64,000 bases of DNA, from NCBI RefSeq assembly GCF_009914755.1, contig NC_060929.1. One strand, given 5' to 3'. The notes beneath the pieces are model-generated. The model had not been told where the DNA came from, ran no database searches, and saw only the letters and a program-made list of their open reading frames with translations. This document shows positions 38,201-50,500 of this stretch, piece by piece. The number at the start of each line of letters is the position of its first letter. Position 1 is the first letter of the stretch. The position numbers and the translations under genes were made by a program. The stretch comes from the human T2T-CHM13v2.0 reference genome, Homo sapiens.

Positions 38201-41200
38201 TCATAGAGCAGTTAGGAAACACTCTGCTTGTAAAGTCTGCAAGTGGATATTCAGCCCTCTTTGAGGCCTTCGTTGGAAACGGGTTTTTTTCATATAAGGC
38301 TAGACAGAAGAATTCCCAGTAACTTCCTTGTGTTGTGTGTGTTCAACTCACAGAGTTGAACTTTGATTTACACAGAGCAGATTTGAAACACTCTTTTTGT
38401 GGAATTTGCAAGTGGAGATTTCAAGCGCTTTGAGGCCAAAGGCAGAAAAGGAAATATCTTCGTATAAAAACTAGACAGAATCATTCTCAGAAACTGCTCT
38501 GCGATGTGTGCATTCAACTCTCAGAGTTTAACTTTTCTTTTCATTCAGCAGTTTGGAAACACTCTGTTTGTGAAGTCTGCACGTGGATATTTTGACCACT
38601 TAGAGGCCTTCGTTGGAAACGGGTTTTTTTCCTGTAACGCTAGACAGAAGAATTCCCAGTAACTTCCTTGTGTTGTGTACATTCAACTCACAGAGTTGAA
38701 CGTTCCCTTAGACAGAGCAGATTTGAAACACTCTTTTTGTGCAATTGGCAAGTGGAGAATTCAAGCGCTTTAAGGTCAATGGCAGAAAAGGAAATATCTT
38801 CGTTTCAAAACTAGACAGAATCATTCCCACAAACTGCGTTGTGATGTGTTCGTTCATCTCACAGAGTTTAACCTTTCTTTTCATAGAGCAGTTAGGAAAC
38901 ACTCTGTTTGTAAATTCTGTAAGTGGATATTCTGACATCTTGTGGCCTTCGTTGGAAACGGGATTTCTTCATATTCTGCTAGACAGAAGAATTCTCAGAA
39001 TCTTCCTTGTGTTGTGTGTATTCAACTCACACAGTTGAACGATGGTTTACACAGAGCAGATTTGAAACACTCTTTTTGTGGAATTTGCAAGTGGAGATTT
39101 CAGCCGCTTTGAGGTCAATGGTAGAAAAGGAAATATCTTCGTATAAAAACTAGACAGAATGATTCTCAGAAACTCCTTTGTGATGTGTGCGTTCAACTCA
39201 CAGAGTTTAACCTTTCTTTTCATAGAGCAGTTAGGAAACACTCTGTTTGTAAACTCTGTAAGTGGATATTCAGACCTCTTTGAGGCCTTCGTTGGAAACG
39301 GGATTTCTTCATACTGTGCTAGACAGAAGAATTCTCAGTAACTTCCTTGTGTTGTGTGTATTCAACTCACAGAGTTGAACGATCCTTTACACAGAGCAGA
39401 CTTGAAACACTCTTTTTGTGGAATTTGCAAGTGGAGATTTCAGCCGCGTTGAGGTCAATGGTAGAAAAGGAAATATCTTCGTATAAAAACTAGACAGAAT
39501 GATTCTCAGAAACTCCTTTGAGATGTGTGTGTTCAACTCACAGAGTTTAACCTTTCTTTTCATAGAGCAGTTAGGAATCACTCTGTTTGTAAAGTCTGCA
39601 AGTGGATATTCAGACCTCTTTGAGGCCTTCGTTGGAAACGGGTTTTTTTCATATAAGGCTAGACAGAAGAATTCCCAGTAACTTCCTTGTGTTGTGTGTG
39701 TTCAACTCACAGAGTTGAACTTTCATTTACACAGAGCAGATTTGAAACACTCTTTTTGTGGAATTTGCAAATGGAGATTTCAAGCGCTTTGAGGCCAAAG
39801 GCAGAAAAGGAAATATCTTCGTATAAAAACTAGACAGAATCATTCTCAGAAACTGCTCTGCGATGTGTGCGTTCAACTCTCAGAGTTTAACTTTGCTTTT
39901 CATTCAGCAGTTTGGAAACACTCTGTTTGTAAAGTCTGCACGTGGATAATTTGACCACTTAGAGGCCTTCGTTGGAAACGGGTTTTTTTCATGTAAGGCT
40001 AGACAGAAGAATTCTCAGTAACTTCCTTGTGTTGTGTGTATTCAACTCACACAGTTGAACGATCCTTTACACAGAGCAGACTTGTAACACTCTTTTTGTG
40101 GAATTTGCAAGTGGAGATTTCAGCCGCTTTGAAGTCAAAGTAGAAAAGGAAATATCTTCCTATAAAAACTAGACAGAATGATTCTCAGAAACTCCTTTGT
40201 GATGTGTGCGTTCAACTCACAGAGTTTAACCTTTCTTTTCATAGAGCAGTTAGGAAACACTCTGTTTGTAAAGTCTGCAAGTGGATATTCAGACCTCTTT
40301 GAGGCCTTCGTTGGAAACGGGTTTTTTTCATATAAGGCTAGACAGAAGAATTCCCAGTAACTTCCTTGTGTTGTGTGTGTTCAACTCACAGAGTTGAACT
40401 TTCATTTACACAGAGCAGATTTGAAACACTCTTTTTGTGGAATTTGCAGGTGGAGATTTCAAGCGCTTTGAGGCCAAAGGCAGAAAAGGAAATATCTTCG
40501 TATAAAAACTAGACAGAATCATTCTCAGAAACTGCTCTGCGATGTGTGCGTTCAACTCTCAGAGTTTAACTTTTCTTTTCATTCAGCAGTTTGGAAACAC
40601 TCTGTTTGTAAAGTCTGCACGTGGATAACTTGACCACTTAGAGGCCTTCGTTGGAAACGGGTTTTTTTCATGTAAGGCTAGACAGAAGAATTCTCAGTAA
40701 CTTCCTTGTGTTGTGTGTATTCAACTCACAGAGTTGAACGATCCTTTACACAGAGCAGACTTGTAACACTCTTTTTGTGGAATTTGCAAGTGGAGATTTC
40801 AGCCGCTTTGAAGTCAAAGGTAGAAAAGGAAATATCTTCCTATAAAAACTAGACAGAATGATTCTCAGAAACTCCTTTGTGATGTGTGCGTTCAACTCAC
40901 AGAGTTTAACCTTTCTTTTCATAGAGCAGTTAGGAAACACTCTGCTTGTAAAGTCTGCAAGTGGATATTCAGCCCTCTTTGAGGCCTTCGTTGGAAACGG
41001 GTTTTTTTCATATAAGGCTAGACAGAAGAATTCCCAGTAACTTCCTTGTGTTGTGTGTGTTCAACTCACAGAGTTGAACTTTGATTTACACAGAGCAGAT
41101 TTGAAACACTCTTTTTGTGGAATTTGCAAGTGGAGATTTCAAGCGCTTTGAGGCCAAAGGCAGAAAAGGAAATATCTTCGTATAAAAACTAGACAGAATC

Positions 41201-44200
41201 ATTCTCAGAAACTGCTCTGCGATGTGTGCGTTCAACTCTCAGAGTTTAACTTTTCTTTTCATTCAGCAGTTTGGAAACACTCTGTTTGTAAAGTCTGCAC
41301 GTGGATATTTTGACCACTTAGAGGCCTTCGTTGGAAACGGGTTTTTTTCCTGTAAGGCTAGACAGAAGAATTCCCAGTAACTTCCTTGTGTTGTGTACAT
41401 TCAACTCACAGAGTTGAACGTTCCCTTAGACAGAGCAGATTTGAAACACTCTTTTTGTGCAACTGGCAAGTGGAGATTTCAAGCGCTTTAAGGTCAATGG
41501 CAGAAAAGGAAATATCTTCGTTTCAAAACTAGACAGAATCATTCCCACAAACTGCGTTGTGATGTGTTCGTTCATCTCACAGAGTTTAACCTTTCTTTTC
41601 ATAGAGCAGTTAGGAAACAGTCTGTTTGTAAATTCTGTAAGTGGATATTCTGACATCTTGTGGCCTTCGTTGGAAACGGGATTTCTTCATATTCTGCTAG
41701 ACAGAAGAATTCTCAGAATCTTCCTTGTGTTGTGTGTATTCAACTCACACAGTTGAACGATGGTTTACACAGAGCAGATTTGAAACACTCTTTTTGTGGA
41801 ATTTGCAAGTGGAGATTTCAGCCGCTTTGAGGTCAATGGTAGAAAAGGAAATATCTTCGTATAAAAACTAGACAGAATGATTCTCAGAAACTTCTTTGTG
41901 ATGTGTGCGTTCAACTCACAGAGTTTAACCTTTCTTTTCATAGAGCAGTTAGGAAACACTCTGTTTGTAAACTCTGCAAGTGGATATTCAGACCTCTTTG
42001 AGGCCTTCGTTGGAAACGGGATTTCTTCATACTGTGCTAGACAGAAGAATTCTCAGTAACTTCCTTGTGTTGTGTGTATTCAACTCACAGAGTTGAACGA
42101 TCCTTTACACAGAGCAGACTTGAAACACTCTTTTTGTGGAATTTGCAAGTGGAGATTTCAGCCGCGTTGAGGTCAATGGTAGAAAAGGAAATATCTTCGT
42201 ATAAAAACTAGACAGAATGATTCTCAGAAACTCCTTTGAGATGTGTGTGTTCAACTCACAGAGTTTAACCTTTCTTTTCATAGAGCAGTTAGGAATCACT
42301 CTGTTTGTAAAGTCTGCAAGTGGATATTGAGACCTCTTTGAGGCCTTCGTTGGAAACGGGTTTTTTTCATATAAGGCTAGAGAGAAGAATTCCCAGTAAC
42401 TTCCTTGTGTTGTGTGTGTTCAACTCACAGAGTTGAACTTTCATTTACACAGAGCAGATTTGAAACACTCTTTTTGTGGAATTTGCAAGTGGAGATTTCA
42501 AGCGCTGTGAGGCCAAAGGCAGAAAAGGAAATATCTTCGTATAAAAACTAGACAGAATCATTCTCAGAAACTGCTCTGCGATGTGTGCGTTCAACTCTCA
42601 GAGTTTAACTTTTCTTTTCATTCAGCAGTTTGGAAACACTCTGTTTGTAAAGTCTGCACGTGGATAATTTGACCACTTAGAGGCCTTCGTTGGAAACGGG
42701 TTTTTTTCATGTAAGGCTAGACAGAAGAATTCTCAGTAACTTCCTTGTGTTGTGTGTATTCAACTCACACAGTTGAACGATCCTTTACACAGAGCAGACT
42801 TGTAACACTCTTTTTGTGGAATTTGCAAGTGGAGATTTCAGCCGCTTTGAAGTCAAATGTAGAAAAGGAAATATCTTCCTATAAAAACTAGACAGAATGA
42901 TTCTCAGAAACTCCTTTGTGATGTGTGCGTTCAACTCACAGAGTTTAACCTTTCTTTTCATAGAGCAGTTAGGAAACACTCTGTTTGTAAAGTCTGCAAG
43001 TGGATATTCAGACCTCCTTGAGGCCTTCGTTGGAAACGGGTTTTTTTCATATAAGGCTAGACAGAAGAATTCCCAGTAACTTCCTTGTGTTGTGTGTGTT
43101 CAACTCACAGAGTTGAACTTTCATTTACACAGAGCAGATTTGAAACACTCTTTTTGTGGAATTTGCAAATGGAGATTTCAAGTGCTTTGAGGCCAAAGGC
43201 AGAAAAGGAAATATCTTCGTATAAAAACTAGACAGAATCATTCTCAGAAACTGCTCTGTGATGTGTGCGTTCAACTCTCAGAGTTTAACTTTTCTTTTCA
43301 TTCAGCAGTTTGGAAACACTCTGTTTGTAAAGTCTGCACGTGGATAATTTGACCACTTAGAGGCCTTCGTTGGAAACGGGTTTTTTTCATGTAAGGCTAG
43401 ACAGAAGAGTTCTCAGTAACTTCCTTGTGTTGTGTGTATTCAACTCACACAGTTGAACGATCCTTTACACAGAGCAGACTTGTAACACTCTTTTTGTGGA
43501 ATTTGCAAGTGGAGATTTCAGCCGCTTTGAAGTCAAAGTAGAAAAGGATATATCTTCCTATAAAAACTAGACAGAATGATTCTCAGAAACTCCTTTGTGA
43601 TGTGTGCGTTCAACTCACAGAGTTTAACCTTTCTTTTCATAGAGCAGTTAGGAAACACTCTGTTTGTAAAGTCTGCAAGTGGATATTCAGACCTCTTTGA
43701 GGCCTTCGTTGGAAACGGGTTTTTTTCATATAAGGCTAGACAGAAGAATTCCCAGTAACTTCCTTGTGTTGTGTGTGTTCAACTCACAGAGTTGAACTTT
43801 GATTTACACAGAGCAGATTTGAAACACTCTTTTTGTGGAATTTGCAGGTGGAGATTTCAAGCGCTTTGAGGCCAAAGGCAGAAAAGGAAATATCTTCGTA
43901 TAAAAACTAGACAGAATCATTCTCAGAAACTGCTCTGCGATGTGTGCGTTCAACTCTCAGAGTTTAACTTTTCTTTTCATTCAGCAGTTTGGAAACACTC
44001 TGTTTGTAAAGTCTGCACGTGGATAACTTGACCACTTAGAGGCCTTCGTTGGAAACGGGTTTTTTTCATGTAAGGCTAGACAGAAGAATTCTCAGTAACT
44101 TCCTTGTGTTGTGTGTATTCAACTCACAGAGTTGAACGATCCTTTACACAGAGCAGACTTGTAACACTCTTTTTGTGGAATTTGCAAGTGGAGATTTCAG

Positions 44201-47200
44201 CCGCTTTGAAGTCAAAGGTAGAAAAGGAAATATCTTCCTATAAAAACTAGACAGAATGATTCTCAGAAACTGCTTTGTGATGTGTGCGTTCAACTCACAG
44301 AGTTTAACCTTTCTTTTCATAGAGCAGTTAGGAAACACTCTGCTTGTAAAGTCTGCAAGTGGATATTCAGCCCTCTTTTAGGCCTTCGTTGGAAACGGGT
44401 TTTTTTCATATAAGGCTAGACAGAAGAATTCCCAGTAACTTCCTTGTGTTGTGTGTGTTCAACTCACAGAGTTGAACTTTGATTTACACAGAGCAGATTT
44501 GAAACACTCTTTTTGTGGAATTTGCAAGTGGAGATTTCAAGCGCTTTGAGGCCAAAGGCAGAAAAGGAAATATCTTCGTATAAAAACTAGACAGAATCAT
44601 TCTCAGAAACTGCTCTGCGATGTGTGCGTTCAACTCTCAGAGTTTAACTTTTCTTTTCATTCAGCAGTTTGGAAACACTCTGTTTGTAAAGTCTGCACGT
44701 GGATATTTTGACCACTTAGAGGCCTTCGTTGGAAACGGGTTTTTTTCCTGTAAGGCTAGACAGAAGAATTCCCAGTAACTTCCTTGTGTTGTGTACATTC
44801 AACTCACAGAGTTGAACGTTCCCTTAGACAGAGCAGATTTGAAACACTCTTTTTGTGCAATTGGCAAGTGGAGATTTCAAGCGCTTTAAGGTCAATGGCA
44901 GAAAAGGAAATATCTTCGTTTCAAAACTAGACAGAATCATTCCCACAAACTGCGTTGTGATGTGTTCGTTCATCTCACAGAGTTTAACCTTTCTTTTCAT
45001 AGAGCAGTTAGGAAACACTCTGTTTGTAAATTCTGTAAGTGGATATTCTGACATCTTGTGGCCTTCGTTGGAAACGGGATTTCTTCATATTCTGCTAGAC
45101 AGAAGAATTCTCAGAATCTTCCTTGTGTTGTGTGTATTCAACTCACACAGTTGAACGATGGTTTACACAGAGCAGATTTGAAACACTCTTTTTGTGGAAT
45201 TTGCAAGTGGAGATTTCTGCCGCTTTGAGGTCAATGGTAGAAAAGGAAATATCTTCGTATAAAAACTAGACAGAATGATTCTCAGAAACTTCTTTGTGAT
45301 GTGTGCGTTCAACTCACAGAGTTTAACCTTTCTTTTCATAGAGCAGTTAGGAAACACTCTGTTTGTAAACTCTGCAAGTGGATATTCAGACCTCCTTGAG
45401 GCCTTCGTTGGAAACGGGATTTCTTCATACTGTGCTAGACAGAAGAATTCTCAGTAACTTCCTTGTGTTGTGTGTATTCAACTCACAGAGTTGAACGATC
45501 CTTTACACAGAGCAGACTTGAAACACTCTTTTTGTGGAATTTGCAAGTGGAGATTTCAGCCGCGTTGAGGTCAATGGTAGAAAAGGAAATATCTTCGTAT
45601 AAAAACTAGACAGAATGATTCTCAGAAACTCCTTTGAGATGTGTGTGTTCAACTCACAGAGTTTAACCTTTCTTTTCATAGAGCAGTTAGGAATCACTCT
45701 GTTTGTAAAGTCTGCAAGTGGATATTCAGACCTCTTTGAGGCCTTCGTTGGAAAAGGGTTTTTTTCATATAAGGCTAGAGAGAAGAATTCCCAGTAACTT
45801 CCTTGTGTTGTGTGTGTTCAACTCACAGAGTTGAACTTTCATTTACACAGAGCAGATTTGAAACACTCTTTTTGTGGAATTTGCAAGTGGAGATTTCAAG
45901 CGCTTTGAGGCCAAAGGCAGAAAAGGAAATATCTTCGTATAAAAACTAGACAGAATCATTCTCAGAAACTGCTCTGCGATGTGTGCGTTCAACTCTCAGA
46001 GTTTAACTTTTCTTTTCATTCAGCAGTTTGGAAACACTCTGTTTGTAAAGTCTGCACGTGGATAATTTGACCACTTAGAGGCCTTCGTTGGAAACGGGTT
46101 TTTTTCATGTAAGGCTAGACAGAAGAATTCTCAGTAACTTCCTTGTGTTGTGTGTATTCAACTCACACAGTTGAACGATCCTTTACACAGAGTAGACTTG
46201 TAACACTCTTTTTGTGGAATTTGCAAGTGGAGATTTCAGCCGCTTTGAAGTCAAATGTAGAAAAGGAAATATCTTCCTATAAAAACTAGACAGAATGATT
46301 CTCAGAAACTCCTTTGTGATGTGTGCGTTCAACTCACAGAGTTTAACCTTTCTTTGCATAGAGCACTTAGGAAACACTCTGTTTGTAAAGTCTGCAAGTG
46401 GATATTCAGACCTCTTTGAGGCCTTCGTTGGAAACGGGTTTTTTTCATATAAGGCTAGACAGAAGAATTCCCAGTAACTTCCTTGTGTTGTGTGTGTTCA
46501 ACTCACAGAGTTGAACTTTCATTTACACAGAGCAGATTTGAAACACTCTTTTTGTGGAATTTGCAGGTGGAGATTTCAAGCGCTTTGAGGCCAAAGGCAG
46601 AAAAGGAAATATCTTCGTATAAAAACTAGACAGAATCATTCTCAGAAACTGCTCTGCGATGTGTGCGTTCAACTCTCAGAGTTTAACTTTTCTTTTCATT
46701 CAGCAGTTTGGAAACACTCTGTTTGTAAAGTCTGCACGTGGATAACTTGACCACTTAGAGGCCTTCGTTGGAAACGGGTTTTTTTCATGTAAGGCTAGAC
46801 AGAAGAATTCTCAGTAACTTCCTTGTGTTGTGTGTATTCAACTCACAGAGTTGAACGATCCTTTACACAGAGCAGACTTGTAACACTCTTTTTGTGGAAT
46901 TTGCAAGTGGAGATTTCAGCCGCTTTGAAGTCAAAGGTAGAAAAGGAAATATCTTCCTATAAAAACTAGACAGAATGATTCTCAGAAACTCCTTTGTGAT
47001 GTGTGCGTTCAACTCACAGAGTTTAACCTTTCTTTTCATAGAGCAGTTAGGAAACACTCTGCTTGTAAAGTCTGCAAGTGGATATTCAGCCCTCTTTGAG
47101 GCCTTCGTTGGAAACGGGTTTTTTTCATATAAGGCTAGACAGAAGAATTCCCAGTAACTTCCTTGTGTTGTGTGTGTTCAACTCACAGAGTTGAACTTTG

Positions 47201-47573
47201 ATTTACACAGAGCAGATTTGAAACACTCTTTTTGTGGAATTTGCAAGTGGAGATTTCAAGCGCTTTGAGGCCAAAGGCAGAAAAGGAAATATCTTCGTAT
47301 AAAAACTAGACAGAATCATTCTCAGAAACTGCTCTGCGATGTGTGCGTTCAACTCTCAGAGTTTAACTTTTCTTTTCATTCAGCAGTTTGGAAACACTCT
47401 GTTTGTAAAGTCTGCACGTGGATATTTTGACCACTTAGAGGCCTTCGTTGGAAACGGGTTTTTTTCCTGTAAGGCTAGACAGAAGAATTCCCAGTAACTT
47501 CCTTGTGTTGTGTACATTCAACTCACAGAGTTGAACGTTCCCTTAGACAGAGCAGATTTGAAACACTCTTTTT
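29224..47573 (+). repeat. Alternating 20-mer / 16-mer HORs (3398, 2719, 3398, 2718, 3398, 2719 bp)
   Basis: Marker at 29224, 32622, 35341, 38739, 41457, 44855 and 47574. Confidence 0.92.
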
Positions 47574-50500
47574 GTGCAATTGGCAAGTGGAGATTTCAAG
47601 CGCTTTAAGGTCAATGGCAGAAAAGGAAATATCTTCGTTTCAAAACTAGACAGAATCATTCCCACAAACTGCGTTGTGATGTGTTCGTTCATCTCACAGA
47701 GTTTAACCTTTCTTTTCATAGAGCAGTTAGGAAACACTCTGTTTGTAAATTCTGTAAGTGGATATTCTGACATCTTGTGGCCTTCGTTGGAAACGGGATT
47801 TCTTCATATTCTGCTAGACAGAAGAATTCTCAGAATCTTCCTTGTGTTGTGTGTATTCAACTCACACAGTTGAACGATGGTTTACACAGAGCAGATTTGA
47901 AACACTCTTTTTGTGGAATTTGCAAGTGGAGATTTCAGCCGCTTTGAGGTCAATGGTAGAAAAGGAAATATCTTCGTATAAAAACTAGACAGAATGATTC
48001 TCAGAAACTTCTTTGTGATGTGTGCGTTCAACTCACAGAGTTTAACCTTTCTTTTCATAGAGCAGTTAGGAAACACTCTGTTTGTAAACTCTGCAAGTGG
48101 ATATTCAGACCTCTTTGAGGCCTTCGTTGGAAACGGGATTTCTTCATACTGTGCTAGACAGAAGAATTCTCAGTAACTTCCTTGTGTTGTGTGTATTCAA
48201 CTCACAGAGTTGAACGATCCTTTACACAGAGCAGACTTGAAACACTCTTCTTGTGGAATTTGCAAGTGGAGATTTCAGCCGCGTTGAGGTCAATGGTAGA
48301 AAAGGAAATATCTTCGTATAAAAACTAGACAGAATGATTCTCAGAAACTCCTTTGAGATGTGTGTGTTCAACTCACAGAGTTTAACCTTTCTTTTCATAG
48401 AGCAGTTAGGAATCACTCTGTTTGTAAAGTCTGCAAGTGGATATTCAGACCTCTTTGAGGCCTTCGTTGGAAAAGGGTTTTTTTCATATAAGGCTAGACA
48501 GAAGAATTCCCAGTAACTTCCTTGTGTTGTGTGTGTTCAACTCACAGAGTTGAACTTTCATTTACACAGAGCAGATTTGAAACACTCTTTTTGTGGAATT
48601 TGCAAGTGGAGATTTCAAGCGCTGTGAGGCCAAAGGCAGAAAAGGAAATATCTTCGTATAAAAACTAGACAGAATCATTCTCAGAAACTGCTCTGCGATG
48701 TGTGCGTTCAACTCTCAGAGTTTAACTTTGCTTTTCATTCAGCAGTTTGGAAACACTCTGTTTGTAAAGTCTGCACGTGGATAATTTGACCACTTAGAGG
48801 CCTTCGTTGGAAACGGGTTTTTTTCATGTAAGGCTAGACAGAAGAGTTCTCAGTAACTTCCTTGTGTTGTGTGTATTCAACTCACACAGTTGAACGATCC
48901 TTTACACAGAGCAGATTTGTAACACTCTTTTTGTGGAATTTGCAAGTGGAGATTTCAGCCGCTTTGAAGTCAAAGGTAGAAAAGGAAATATCTTCCTATA
49001 AAAACTAGACAGAATGATTCTCAGAAACTCCTTTGTGATGTGTGCGTTCAACTCACAGAGTTTAACCTTTCTTTTCATAGAGCAGTTAGGAAACACTCTG
49101 TTTGTAAAGTCTGCAAGTGGATATTCAGACCTCTTTGAGGCCTTCGTTGGAAACGGGTTTTTTTCATATAAGGCTAGACAGAAGAATTCCCAGTAACTTC
49201 CTTGTGTTGTGTGTGTTCAACTCACAGAGTTGAACTTTCATTTACACAGAGCAGATTTGAAACACTCTTTTTGTGGAATTTGCAAGTGGAGATTTCAAGC
49301 GCTTTGAGGCCAAAGGCAGAAAAGGAAATATCTTCGTATAAAAACTAGACAGAATCATTCTCAGAAACTGCTCTGTGATGTGTGCGTTCAACTCTCAGAG
49401 TTTAACTTTTCTTTTCATTCAGCAGTTTGGAAACACTCTGTTTGTAAAGTCTGCACGTGGATAATTTGACCACTTAGAGGCCTTCGTTGGAAACGGGTTT
49501 TTTTCATGTAAGGCTAGACAGAAGAGTTCTCAGTAACTTCCTTGTGTTGTGTGTATTCAACTCACACAGTTGAACGATCCTTTACACAGAGCAGACTTGT
49601 AACACTCTTTTTGTGGAATTTGCAAGTGGAGATTTCAGCCGCTTTGAAGTCAAAGTAGAAAAGGAAATATCTTCCTATAAAAACTAGACAGAATGATTCT
49701 CAGAAACTCCTTTGTGATGTGTGCGTTCAACTCACAGAGTTTAACCTTTCTTTTCATAGAGCAGTTAGGAAACACTCTGTAAAGTCTGCAAGTGGATATT
49801 CAGACCTCTTTGAGGCCTTCGTTGGAAACGGGTTTTTTTCATATAAGGCTAGACAGAAGAATTCCCAGTAACTTCCTTGTGTTGTGTGTGTTCAACTCAC
49901 AGAGTTGAACTTTCATTTACACAGAGCAGATTTGAAACACTCTTTTTGTGGAATTTGCAGGTGGAGATTTCAAGCGCTTTGAGGCCAAAGGCAGAAAAGG
50001 AAATATCTTCGTATAAAAACTAGACAGAATCATTCTCAGAAACTGCTCTGCGATGTGTGCGTTCAACTCTCAGAGTTTAACTTTTCTTTTCATTCAGCAG
50101 TTTGGAAACACTCTGTTTGTAAAGTCTGCACGTGGATAACTCGACCACTTAGAGGCCTTCGTTGGAAACGGGTTTTTTTCATGTAAGGCTAGACAGAAGA
50201 ATTCTCAGTAACTTCCTTGTGTTGTGTGTATTCAACTCACAGAGTTGAACGATCCTTTACACAGAGCAGACTTGTAACACTCTTTTTGTGGAATTTGCAA
50301 GTGGAGATTTCAGCCGCTTTGAAGTCAAAGGTAGAAAAGGAAATATCTTCCTATAAAAACTAGACAGAATGATTCTCAGAAACTCCTTTGTGATGTGTGC
50401 GTTCAACTCACAGAGTTTAACCTTTCTTTTCATAGAGCAGTTAGGAAACACTCTGCTTGTAAAGTCTGCAAGTGGATATTCAGCCCTCTTTGAGGCCTTC

